Positions 42,072-52,242 of a stretch of 64,000 nt of DNA are shown here, in pieces. Origin of the DNA: Piedraia hortae CBS 480.64 (taxonomy: Eukaryota). The stretch covers positions 372,001 to 436,000 of the forward strand of contig MU005957.1 in assembly GCA_010093745.1 (NCBI GenBank), in the 5' to 3' direction. The translations under genes were made by a program, and so were the position numbers. Within the stretch, counting starts at the first letter, position 1, and each line of letters opens with the position of its first letter. The notes beneath the pieces were generated by a model, which was given only the letters and a program-made list of their open reading frames with translations, had not been told where the DNA came from and did no database searches.

Positions 42072-44705
42072 CTAGCTCGCCTCCGGCTTTTCCCCCGCTG
42101 TAGCATCGTCTGCGCTAATGGATCCCACGCGCGGAGTTGCACTTGCATTTGCACTCAGCGGCGGCGGTGGAGATGTGTCTCGCCCCTTGGCTTTGCGACG
42201 AGTGTAATCCGACAAGGTCAGCTTCTTGGTGACTGGGCTCTGGGCCACAGGCGTGCTGCTGTTGGGTGACAGAGCCGGAATAGTCCCAAGAGCACCACTG
42301 CTGCTGGGAGAAGCGAGTGTCGGCAGGCCGATGTTGACACCGTTCCGCGCTTCGGTCATGAGTTTCAACTTTTTGGCTGGGGGTGGCATATCATTGGGTG
42401 CACTCTCTTTTTTCTGTAGATCTGCACTTGGGTCCGGAGGCCTGTCCGTTGCAGGATCATTGGGTCCGGTGCTGTCTTTTGAGCTCTCTGTGGGAGTGAC
42501 TACTGAACTATCCTTGTGGCCGCCTTCCTTCTGTCCGCCAACGGAGGTTTCTTTGAGCTCTTTATTCTGATTATTGACAGACCCGTTCAGAGGGCTGCCG
42601 GCTGAATTGTCCACAGAGCGTGGCACAGATCGATTCGCCAAGGCCACACCAAGGCCAGTTAGCCATTCTGGTATACCTTCTTCAGCAGCCGAAATCACGG
42701 CAGGAACGTCAGGAGCAGAGACAGGGTGCTCAGGCTGCGACAAGGGCCCATCCGGGCCGAATTTAACGCCATGCACGGTGATCATATGGTCCGGCGCAGA
42801 TACTCCTTTCTTGGTATAGTACCTGGCATTGAATTGCGCCTGACGAGCCTCGGGTCTTAGACGGAGCGGAAGCAAATGACGCGTGCCTAAAAGCTTCTTT
42901 GATATGCTTTCCGCTTCTACCAGGTCCATATCGGCCTGTACTCCGCTATGAATACGACCCGGTGCTTCATTTCGTCTGGAGACGGCCGAATCTCGTGCAG
43001 ATTTAGCAAGCTTGGGCATATATTGTTTATTTTCCGAAAGTCTTGGCGGGCGGTCAATTGTAGGAGTACCCGAAGTGGAGCCGACACTATGCCGTTTTTT
43101 CCTGTGCCTTCCTTCTTCGGCCTCTTGGCGGCGGAACAATTCCTCGGCCTTGGCAACTTTTCGTAGATCACGACTGGAGATTCCATTGGTATGGGGCGTT
43201 AGATCGCGGCTTGTGGAACCTCGTCCAGCCGAAGGAGAGCTTGACTGGGACTCAGCATATTCTTCAGTTCCTTCTTTGCGCGCCTCGACAGCATGCGGCA
43301 TTGCCGTGTTCAGTGGCGAGATCTGACGACTCTTCTTTGCACGCCTTTTTGGCGCTGGCTTTGCAGGCGCAATCGATGCCCTGCGATCAAAGCGCGACAT
43401 GGAACACTGATCAGGCGGGAGGTGACAAGCGCAGGGACCGCAGTTGGAGAGAACAGTGGACACACGCACGTGTAGCTCAAGCATCTCTTCTGGGGACAGC
43501 GACATCGGCTTGCTGGGCGACAAGAAGCCAGCTGTATCCCAAGCCAATGCCACTTCGGTGCCGGGCTCAATGGGCTGCTTGGCCATGATGCAGAAGCGAT
43601 AGTGCGTGTTGTCCGTTACCAGGATCTTTAACTCTGCATTCGGGACACAGCTACGGCGCACGTACCGCAGCTCAGTACCGTCCTGTCGCGTGTCAATATA
43701 GATGGGGAGACGATGATGGAAGAAGACAAAGGGCTCTGGATGGCGGAGGAGATGCCACCGGTTCTTGGGGTCGGCAATATAATCATCTTTCCAGCCCACT
43801 GCGCCCTTCAATTCGCCGACAAAGCCGCCGGTTGGCACTGGCTCCGAGCGGATGATGACCCGCTTCCACCTTGGGTGGCCAACATGGTCAATCGTGACGC
43901 TTGGGTCCTGTTCTTCCTCCAGGACATAGTCGGCCTTGCCCGGCATATTCTCTAGTACCCCGTCGTAGCGCATCAGCACGCTAGACTTCTCGAAGCCAAG
44001 CTCGGCGCGAAAATCCTCGTCGGGCGCCTGGAGCCAGGAGAAGAGCTTGCTGCTGACGTCAATGGTGAAGATGTTGCATTCAGTAAGCTTCCATGAGTCG
44101 TTGGCGCAGTTACGCAGAAACTCGGCCGAGTAGCGCTCAAACGGCGCGTCCGACGACTTTGGAAGCACATTGGTCAACGTGCGCTTGCGGGAATGGCCCT
44201 TTGCGCCGTGTCCGTCGCCGACCGAACCGCGATGACTGGTTTTGGGTCGCTTGGTGGGTGGCGGCTGGTCGCGGCCGCCGACGTTATTGGCCACTGGCCA
44301 CCCATTGGCCGCCGATTCCTTGGTGCGTTTCTTCTGGCCCTTGGACGCTTGGCGCCGTGTACCATTGGCTGCCGAGTCCTGCTGTTCGCGCCGTGCCCAC
44401 TGACGGGCATGAGCGGCGGCGTGGTCCAACTCCCGTGGCGTGCACTCGATGCAAAAGTGCTGCAGATCCTCAGGCAGGTCCTGGCCGTCATACTCTGGGT
44501 AATAGCAGAGAGTATGGTTCCACTTGTTGCACTTGTCACAGGCGACCGTGTGGCCGTCGTCATCAGCAAAGCCGCAGAAGCAACTAATTTGGCCATCATC
44601 ATCTGGCGGCTCGCGCGCAGGCAGGGCATAGCGGGGCGTCTCTGGAAAAGCGGCGTGCGTCAGCGGTAGACCAGGGTAGCTTCTGGCCGGAAAGCCGTCT
44701 GTCAT
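42072..44705 (-). CDS. SET3: PHD + SET domain protein (Set3/Set4 family)
   Basis: PHD ISCFCGFADDDGHTVACDKCNKWNHTLCY...FCIEC; SET region LRHPEPFVFFH, IDTRQDGT..RYVRRSCVPNA; C-terminal KKLTLSDY. Start assumed at ATG 44705. Confidence 0.88.
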   Translation of the reverse strand: MTDGFPARSYPGLPLTHAAFPETPRYALPAREPPDDDGQISCFCGFADDDGHTVACDKCNKWNHTLCYYPEYDGQDLPEDLQHFCIECTPRELDHAAAHARQWARREQQDSAANGTRRQASKGQKKRTKESAANGWPVANNVGGRDQPPPTKRPKTSHRGSVGDGHGAKGHSRKRTLTNVLPKSSDAPFERYSAEFLRNCANDSWKLTECNIFTIDVSSKLFSWLQAPDEDFRAELGFEKSSVLMRYDGVLENMPGKADYVLEEEQDPSVTIDHVGHPRWKRVIIRSEPVPTGGFVGELKGAVGWKDDYIADPKNRWHLLRHPEPFVFFHHRLPIYIDTRQDGTELRYVRRSCVPNAELKILVTDNTHYRFCIMAKQPIEPGTEVALAWDTAGFLSPSKPMSLSPEEMLELHVRVSTVLSNCGPCACHLPPDQCSMSRFDRRASIAPAKPAPKRRAKKSRQISPLNTAMPHAVEARKEGTEEYAESQSSSPSAGRGSTSRDLTPHTNGISSRDLRKVAKAEELFRRQEAEEGRHRKKRHSVGSTSGTPTIDRPPRLSENKQYMPKLAKSARDSAVSRRNEAPGRIHSGVQADMDLVEAESISKKLLGTRHLLPLRLRPEARQAQFNARYYTKKGVSAPDHMITVHGVKFGPDGPLSQPEHPVSAPDVPAVISAAEEGIPEWLTGLGVALANRSVPRSVDNSAGSPLNGSVNNQNKELKETSVGGQKEGGHKDSSVVTPTESSKDSTGPNDPATDRPPDPSADLQKKESAPNDMPPPAKKLKLMTEARNGVNIGLPTLASPSSSGALGTIPALSPNSSTPVAQSPVTKKLTLSDYTRRKAKGRDTSPPPPLSANASATPRVGSISADDATAGEKPEAS

Positions 44706-45713
44706 GCTCTCGCAAACCGAAAGCTCAATGGTTGCAGTCAGATTGGGGTCGCCGCGTCTGTCCAGCGTCGCATGACTGGACGACAACGACAGAAGCGCGA
44801 CGGCCGTCTTGGAAGTTCGCCGTGCGCTCCAGCAGCGGATCAACTGCCTTATCTGGCTGGGGACGGGGCAGCTGTCGGGTTCGCGTCAAGACGATGGAGG
44901 CCCGATTGAACAAGACTGCCGAACACTCTGAGCTACTGCGACCAGGAGCAAGGCCGTCTGCGTGACCGCCAAATGAATTCAACCTGCTGCGGAAGCGGCC
45001 GAATTAGGGAATTCGCACGCACGTTCAGGAAGGAGACCGAAGCAGACTGTACAATGTCGGGAAGATATCGAGAACACTGTCCGAAAGGGCCAACAAGAGG
45101 TTAATTCGACAGATGTGTGAAGGGTGAGTCGCGACGGGCGAAGCCTTTGCGAGTGGTCCGTGCTGGCGTCAAGAATGACAGTAAAACTCCACAGGCACTA
45201 ACCGTCGCTAGTGTCTTGGCGGAGCTTACGTCCCTTGGCAGATGCCAGCAGCCATTAAAGATTGGTGGGATAAATCATCATCAGCTACGGAACAAAAGCA
45301 AAGGTCTGAGATTTCACATTACTAGCCATGTATAACGAGTCGCCGTCACCGTCCTCACACCCACAACCCACATGCCTGGTCAATTACGCGCTCGGAGAAT
45401 TAATCTGGATGCACGTGGATCTCCCAAACCAACCCAATGTTGTGTCGCCTATGCGGCCAGGACACTGCATGAAATGCAGCGCACATTCGAAAATCAGGCT
45501 TCCAGGCGATCGTATCTGTCTTCGCTGATGGAGTTGAAGAGCATTCTTCCTTTGACAAAAGGCCTTGAGCGGGAGACCTTAATCCCCAAAACGGCCCGCT
45601 GCATACGTGCATCGGAGGGGTTCTTCCGGGGAGCCGACGCTAACACCTAAAGCGACAAGTACACCCCACTTTGATAAGCCGTCGCCAGGCGAGTCCATCA
45701 AGGAGCTGCCACC

Positions 45714-48700
45714 TTACACGGGGTCGACAACAACCACGTTCGTTCCCGGTCGCGGGGCAACCTCCTGCGCCAGAACAATTGTCTCGGTAGTCTCCTGGAG
45801 TACGTTGTCGCCATGAGGCAGCTGCTCAATGTCCACCTCCTTCCCCAGTAAAACGTTCAAGATGACCCCTGCACCAGCTTTACACATGACTTCGTTCCGC
45901 TCTTTGCACCGTTCCGAGCAGCAACACTCCAAACAGCCCTGCAAGCAATGACAGTGCTCTATCCTGTCACATGCTTGCTTCAGCAATCTGTCCATATGAT
46001 CAAATGCCTTGGCCGCAATGCCTGATCCCTGAGCTCCACCTTTAGCATCGTAGAACGTTAACCGAGCCGGTCGCTTGCGTGAACTTTGTCGCTTGGCAAA
46101 TTCTTTCTGAGCGACTTTACATTCTGTGCGCACATCGCCTGGAAGGGAGATGACAAAATTCGGCATCAAAGACAGCACTGCATGCTCCGCTGCATGTATC
46201 GACCCGGCGAGATTGATACCTCGCGAGATTAGAATGTCCATGGCGATTTTGGGCACATCGACCCACACTCCTTTGCTGTAGAGCGTTATGGGCGGGTTGT
46301 CGACCTCGACGGCATCAAGGATGCGACGCTTTGCATCTTGCTTGAAGTATCCAAACACCGTCTGCACAATGCGGATTGTCCCGAAAAAGGATTTGCTCTT
46401 TGATCCACGCAGGCCGCGTATGGCTTCTGTTTCTATTGGGTCAATATCTGTGAAATCCCTCTGCTGTGTCGTCCAATCGACTCTGGTATAATGCACTTTT
46501 GCTAATTTGCGTTCAATGGACATTTCCTGGACCAAGTACTTATGTCCCTGGTGTAGGAAGATCCCGCCTTCGTATATTGTGAAAAACGCCCGACTGGCCT
46601 CGAGCTCTTCTAACACGCAGTTTTTGCCGTTTGTCACATCGATGATGGCGAAATGGTCATCTTCTGTGTCACGAATGGCGACATTTCGCGAGGGCTGCGG
46701 CATGAATTGTTGCCCTGTGTGATAGAAGCCCATGTCGTCCTTACGGAGGCGATCAGAGCATACTTCTGCGAGTTGAGAACCAAAGTAAGAAGCATCCTCG
46801 ATTGGACGGATGGGCATTTCGTAGGCGGCACATTGGATGTGTCCTTCCAACACCAACATGTTTGTAAGGTCAACCTGGAGCTTACAGTTTGGCTTAGTGA
46901 ATATTTCATCTGGGTTTTGCATATAATGCTGGTCAGTCGGGAAGCTGTCACCGATAAGCACACTGAGGCTGTCTTTGTTTCGTCGTCCAGCTCGACCGGA
47001 TTGCTGACGAAGATTGGATATGGTGTAAGGGAAGCCAACGGAAATGACGGCATCCAGCGTCCCAATATCCACGCCAAGTTCCAGTGCATTGGTGCCGATG
47101 ATGCCAACCAGTTTGCCTTCGAACATGTCCTTCTCAATCTGTCGTCTGTCCTGTGGCGTGTAGCCACCACGGTAGGCCATGACGCGGTTCATAACCTCTA
47201 CATGATCCAACTTATCCAATTCGGCCTTGACTGCCGTTGTCAAGACCTCACATATCTTCCGAATCCTGCAAAAGGCAATTACCCTCACTCCTCTCAGTAT
47301 CAGCTGACAAAAAAGTCTGGCCGTTTCTGCAAACACATCACCCCTCCCACTTGATGGGTCTCTTGGATCTTTATATGGCGTGTTCCAGCACAGAAACTCT
47401 TTGCCTCCGCTCGGACTACCGTCAATATCCACCAGGGTGACGTCTTCGATTCCAAAGATGGTCTGCATATGTTCAAGCGGATTCGCAACAGTTGCAGAGC
47501 AGGAAATAAATTGAACCGTTGAGTTTCCAACCGCGGCGCAGATTCTTCTCAGACGTCTCATTATCAGTGCCATGTGTGCGCCGAACAACCCGTTGTAAAC
47601 GTGTAATTCGTCTACAACGACATACTTTAGCCTTTGTAGATAGTGCCTCCAGCGCTCTTCTTGTGGGAGTATGGTTAGATGTAGCATGTCTGGATTTGTA
47701 AAGATGATTCGTGCTTCTTCGCGTATGAGATTGCGGCATTCCTTGGCGGTATCGCCGTCGAAAGTCTCGCACATGACATCCTCTAAGCCAGTCAATCCAT
47801 GAAGTAGAGCTTTGAGACTACGTCGCTGGTCCTGGGCCAGAGCTTTGGTTGGAAATATGTAGATTGCTCTAGTCTGCCGATCTTGTTCCAGTGCATATAG
47901 AACGGGAAGCTGATAGATGAGAGATTTACCAGAAGACGTGGAGGTGGAGATTATTACGCTCTTGCCATTGTGCACGGCGTTGATAGCCTGCGCTTGATGA
48001 CTGTAAAACTGTACAATGTTGCATGAGTTGTACAGAGTATTGACCAAATTCTGGCTGAGGGCGAATTCGAGTTCGCCATATACCGCTTCCTGGGGGGAAA
48101 ATACCCTGTAGCCACCAGGCACTATTTGACCGGTATACCATTCCGAATCCTTAAGCTCTTGCACAATCTCTGCTATACTCTTTCTCTCAGTAGGAATAAG
48201 CTCGGGCAAGGTCTGTCGTCCAGTCACAGCCGCTGCAGTGACACTTTTGCTTCTTGACTGCACAGGTAAATGCACCGTGTACTCGTCTTCTAGCTTTTGC
48301 GCTGCATCTTCACCCTTTGACTCGCAGTCATTGAGCCACTCATTGACTGCGGATGTGAATTTTGCATTCCTCTTCTCTATTAGCTTCATCATTTGGGCTT
48401 GGCTGTAGACTGGCAATTTCAAAGACTCTTCACGTAACTTCCTAGTCGCCTTGGTTGGTTCACCGGTCTTAGGATGTTGTACCTGCCGCTTGAGATCGCC
48501 ATCGATGAATTCAAACAGCAGAACCTCTCCATTCACGTTTCCTGACGGCATTTCTGCAGCTTCGGGAACGTTGCGGTTATTCCGCAAGCCTTTACCATCT
48601 ACCAATGCCATCTCCAAGATGGCATCGTCGACGTACTCAAACCTAATGGCATGCGGGACCAATGCCTTGACCTTGGCAACATCTTCAATAAGTAGCTCTC

Positions 48701-49094
48701 GCTTAATATTGGCCTCAACTGCGCTTTTGATGGCATCGAATGTGGTAACAAAGTGCTTGCGAGTGCAGCAAAATGTGTAGATCAGGTTCAGCGCTTTGTG
48801 CACTTGTTCCAGCTTTGTTAGGGCCGTTGACCAAGGAATCTTGCTATCGACAGATGTATATGAATTGGCCCGCTCATGACGCGGTTGCGACGCAGCTCCT
48901 TTACGTCTGGGTTTCTTGCCCCCGTCATGCTCCTTAGTTGGGATAGATGTTGACACGGAGACAGGAACATTCTCAACGCATTTCGAAGCATTTCTGGCAT
49001 CGTCATCTTCCCCTCCCGTGTCTTCAGTTTTTCTCTTCCGTTTTCTCTTGTTAGCTGGCGGGGGAATGGTTGCAGAGGCCGGCGGATTCGCCAT
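45714..49094 (-). CDS. HRQ1: RecQ4-like DEAH-box helicase Hrq1 with C-terminal DUF1998 zinc domain
   Basis: FYSHQAQA, TSTSSGKSL, FPTKALAQDQ, VVDELH, SCSATVANP, TNALELGVDIG, QQSGRAGRR, HAAEHA, C.C..GCLEC. Confidence 0.95.
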   Translation of the reverse strand: MANPPASATIPPPANKRKRKRKTEDTGGEDDDARNASKCVENVPVSVSTSIPTKEHDGGKKPRRKGAASQPRHERANSYTSVDSKIPWSTALTKLEQVHKALNLIYTFCCTRKHFVTTFDAIKSAVEANIKRELLIEDVAKVKALVPHAIRFEYVDDAILEMALVDGKGLRNNRNVPEAAEMPSGNVNGEVLLFEFIDGDLKRQVQHPKTGEPTKATRKLREESLKLPVYSQAQMMKLIEKRNAKFTSAVNEWLNDCESKGEDAAQKLEDEYTVHLPVQSRSKSVTAAAVTGRQTLPELIPTERKSIAEIVQELKDSEWYTGQIVPGGYRVFSPQEAVYGELEFALSQNLVNTLYNSCNIVQFYSHQAQAINAVHNGKSVIISTSTSSGKSLIYQLPVLYALEQDRQTRAIYIFPTKALAQDQRRSLKALLHGLTGLEDVMCETFDGDTAKECRNLIREEARIIFTNPDMLHLTILPQEERWRHYLQRLKYVVVDELHVYNGLFGAHMALIMRRLRRICAAVGNSTVQFISCSATVANPLEHMQTIFGIEDVTLVDIDGSPSGGKEFLCWNTPYKDPRDPSSGRGDVFAETARLFCQLILRGVRVIAFCRIRKICEVLTTAVKAELDKLDHVEVMNRVMAYRGGYTPQDRRQIEKDMFEGKLVGIIGTNALELGVDIGTLDAVISVGFPYTISNLRQQSGRAGRRNKDSLSVLIGDSFPTDQHYMQNPDEIFTKPNCKLQVDLTNMLVLEGHIQCAAYEMPIRPIEDASYFGSQLAEVCSDRLRKDDMGFYHTGQQFMPQPSRNVAIRDTEDDHFAIIDVTNGKNCVLEELEASRAFFTIYEGGIFLHQGHKYLVQEMSIERKLAKVHYTRVDWTTQQRDFTDIDPIETEAIRGLRGSKSKSFFGTIRIVQTVFGYFKQDAKRRILDAVEVDNPPITLYSKGVWVDVPKIAMDILISRGINLAGSIHAAEHAVLSLMPNFVISLPGDVRTECKVAQKEFAKRQSSRKRPARLTFYDAKGGAQGSGIAAKAFDHMDRLLKQACDRIEHCHCLQGCLECCCSERCKERNEVMCKAGAGVILNVLLGKEVDIEQLPHGDNVLQETTETIVLAQEVAPRPGTNVVVVDPV

Positions 49095-49492
49095 CTGGAC
49101 GAAATTGACGTTTGAGAGAACGCTTCAATTTTCTCACACTAATGGTGTCCGACTTTCAATTCAATCTGATCAATCTCCGTCTGTTTCGCTCATCACGTTA
49201 CAGGCTGCCTTTTCAGGAACCAAATCAACCGCACTGTTTCGTAGTCGTATGAAGATCTTTCTGCAATATTCACTCTCATGAATAACATGATCTAGTAGCG
49301 CTCGATGTAGTCTACGACGGACATTGTGTGCACGTCTACATCGCCTATGATTTGCCAATCACAATAATAGGGCGGGATGAGGTGTCACCGGGACGGGCCG
49401 AAGGCTATCATTTTAGCTCACTAAACGCACTGGGAGAACATTTGAACAGGAGTTATCACTTTTGACAAAACAACGCTTACAGGCACGAGAGG

Positions 49493-50074
49493 ATGTCTGC
49501 TAACGATCCCATTTGGGTAGACCCAGGGGAAATAATTATCCTCTTTGATAGAAGATCAGCGGGTCCGCACCCGGAATTCAACGCACCAGAACTACCCTGG
49601 CGAACAGCGTATTACCTGTCCACATTGCAAAAACTCGGCTGGCCATCCTTCACAACGCCAGATTTGGAAAGGGGCAAGATACGCTTGGTATGGTACACAC
49701 ACGCCGGCACCGAAGGTCATAGGGACTACTTTCTGCATCAAGCTTATACGGTCCTGGAAATGCTCGATTCTCTGAGCGACGGGGGTTTCAGGCCAATGAT
49801 ACTGGGCTGGAGTGGTGAGAACCCATATCCCATGCTGGGAGGCACCGAACCGCCACGCCCTCCACCGAATGCAAGAGATATAGATCCTCTGACCGGCCAG
49901 AAGAAGAAGGTGGCTACAAGTGCGAGTTTGAGATTTAGCGGTCATGGTGGCAAGCCGGGGCAGACCCCGATGGATAGGATCAACAAGATCTTTGAGGCAC
50001 AGGATGAGCAGGAGGCCGGGGAGAGAAAGGAGCAAGTTGAGACTGCTAACAAGGCTGGCCAATTGGCTGTATAA
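49493..50074 (+). CDS. Hypothetical protein, 193 aa
   Basis: ATG-initiated ORF divergent from HRQ1 with a globular-looking N-terminal ~115 aa; family not recognised. Confidence 0.65.
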   Translation: MSANDPIWVDPGEIIILFDRRSAGPHPEFNAPELPWRTAYYLSTLQKLGWPSFTTPDLERGKIRLVWYTHAGTEGHRDYFLHQAYTVLEMLDSLSDGGFRPMILGWSGENPYPMLGGTEPPRPPPNARDIDPLTGQKKKVATSASLRFSGHGGKPGQTPMDRINKIFEAQDEQEAGERKEQVETANKAGQLAV

Positions 50075-52242
50075 TTGTGTATGAAGATGGAGGAACCAGT
50101 CTAAATTCATCATAAGCACTAAGACATTTATTTGTCAGTAAGTCGCAGGGCTCATGTCGCAGTAGGCAGTTGCTGCGCCCTTAAAGTACGATATCAGCAA
50201 GGTTTGAATGACTCACAGACGGCATGCGCTTGCAGTAGCTGGAGAAAGAAAATGTCAAGCTGTGCAGGACACTGTGCTAATTGTAATAGGAGAATGGGGA
50301 AAATCTTGAGATAAAGGTCGACCCCGCATGGGCCTCTGCATCTTGGTTTAAAGCCCTTGCTGGACAAACAAACAATCATGGCTTCGGTTGCATTTCCATT
50401 TCAGCATCCCTGATAGCATCCGACGTTAGACTCGCTGGGAGATATGTATCAAGAATACGCCATATGCGTGCGCGGTCAGCATTTAGTTCCACGTGGTGCT
50501 ACGTTTGCGATAGAAGTATGATAGAAAGGAAGAAAGAAGGAGCAAAAAGAGCAATAAGCTCATGGCCACGTGCGTGTGATCAGGTTTTCGGGGTCAAACC
50601 TAAGCTGTCATCCATAGGCAGACACAGACTAGTCCGCCAAACGTGTTGACGTAATCGTTTCGTACATATTGAACGTCGACTGCATCTGGGCCTTGATTGG
50701 GGAAGCCCCACCACCGTCGAGTTGGGCGTTTTCTACCTTCAAGGGCCCAACAGTTGGATGGTGTTACGAAATGCATCTGACTTTTGGCAGGATTCTATTG
50801 TCCAGACATTATCAAAAGCTTTGTTCGCTGCGTCTGATGCATGAGGGTGGTCAGCTGGCTGCATCTACTCTCGCTCGCACGGCTGGACCTAGCGGCGCTA
50901 ATAAAGGTGGATGCAAGCCCTAAGCCACCAATGCCCGTACCGTTAGGCAGGGATTGTGCGGGGCGGTACCGATTGGACGGACAGAGAATAAGCCTGGCAG
51001 TTGCTGACGGCCAGAGAGAGGGTTATCGGAACAGGCGCAGAGCGCAATGCAGGTGTTGCGCAGCCGACGGGGGAGTGCAGGCGGCCGATTCTCTCTGGCC
51101 TTAAATGCTGCATTTATGGCTCGTGCATGTTACTTTTGGTACACGTGCTCCCCTAAATTAAAACCGGCCCCTATGAGCATAACATCCATGAACGATTTGG
51201 CTCACGCGTGCTCTATATTGTGGATGTTCCTGAGCAATTAGGACGAATGTTCATGTGCTGCCGATACCAGCCACACAAAGATTCAGTCCTTTGCCAAGGC
51301 CCATCTCCGCGCGGTATTCTCCCGTGGGGCCTGTCTCACCCCCTATCACCGGGCGCAGACGTGTTTTTTTTTTGTGCTCGAATTGACATTCAACAGACGA
51401 GTCCTTGCTTGGAAAAGCGTGGGCAAGCTATCCCCTTCCAGAGGCCAGCATTGCCCAAACGGGCAATCACCCAGATCGCAATTCCGCTAATCCCCGAGGT
51501 ACGCTAGCCCCAATTAAACTAGCGACTCACCGGAGCCTGGCGCGACGGGCGTCGGTCATTGTTGTATCCTGTCACATCTTCCCTCCCCCTCCACCACCGC
51601 TGCCTCATCTAAACACCGCCCATCGGTGTCAGAGACGTGCAGCCGCACACTCATCCGAGTGCACCGCCGCCCACTGCCCTCTTTCCCCGCCGACTCACCC
51701 CGTCAACCCCCGAAACACATCCCCACCCCCCCAAATTCCAATTTTGACGCTGTCCCGAATCAGCGCCCCGACACTCGCTTGCGCCTCTTTCTCCTATTCT
51801 TACCACTGGCCTTTGGCCTTGGACTCTGTTGTCTACCAGTCACTCCTTTTTCTGCTGTTGCTTGAAACCGTCTGCGCGCGCAGCAACGACTGTGCGATCT
51901 CTTGTCGACGACTCCTTCATTGTTCGCCGTTGGCCTTGGGTCTGAGCGATTGGTCAAAGGGCGCCGGTCTTTGAGTCGCCCATTGACACGCGCAGAGTCC
52001 GTTCCCTTGTCCGCCAGCCTCTCTATCCTGCGACGGCAGATTCGGCATCCGACGCTCTCGCTCGCGCACCTCACCCATCGACACTCTTTCCGCGACGGCA
52101 GGAGAGGAACATGCCTTGAAGCCATTACCTTTGTCAGCAATCCAGTTTTACCAGCATCCGATCAGCGCTTCTAAAAACCTCGATTTCTATCAACCACACT
52201 CGTTTACGCCGAACTTGACGTCGGTCACGGAGAATATCCACC

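Noticed and set aside
32300..44705. Chromatin-regulator cluster of mini-Sin3 and Set3
   Set aside because: Separated by about 9 kb of unrelated DNA; proximity is plausibly chance.
49303..49343. Short inverted repeat CGATGTAG/CTACATCG upstream of HRQ1
   Set aside because: An 8-bp stem is expected by chance in 64 kb.
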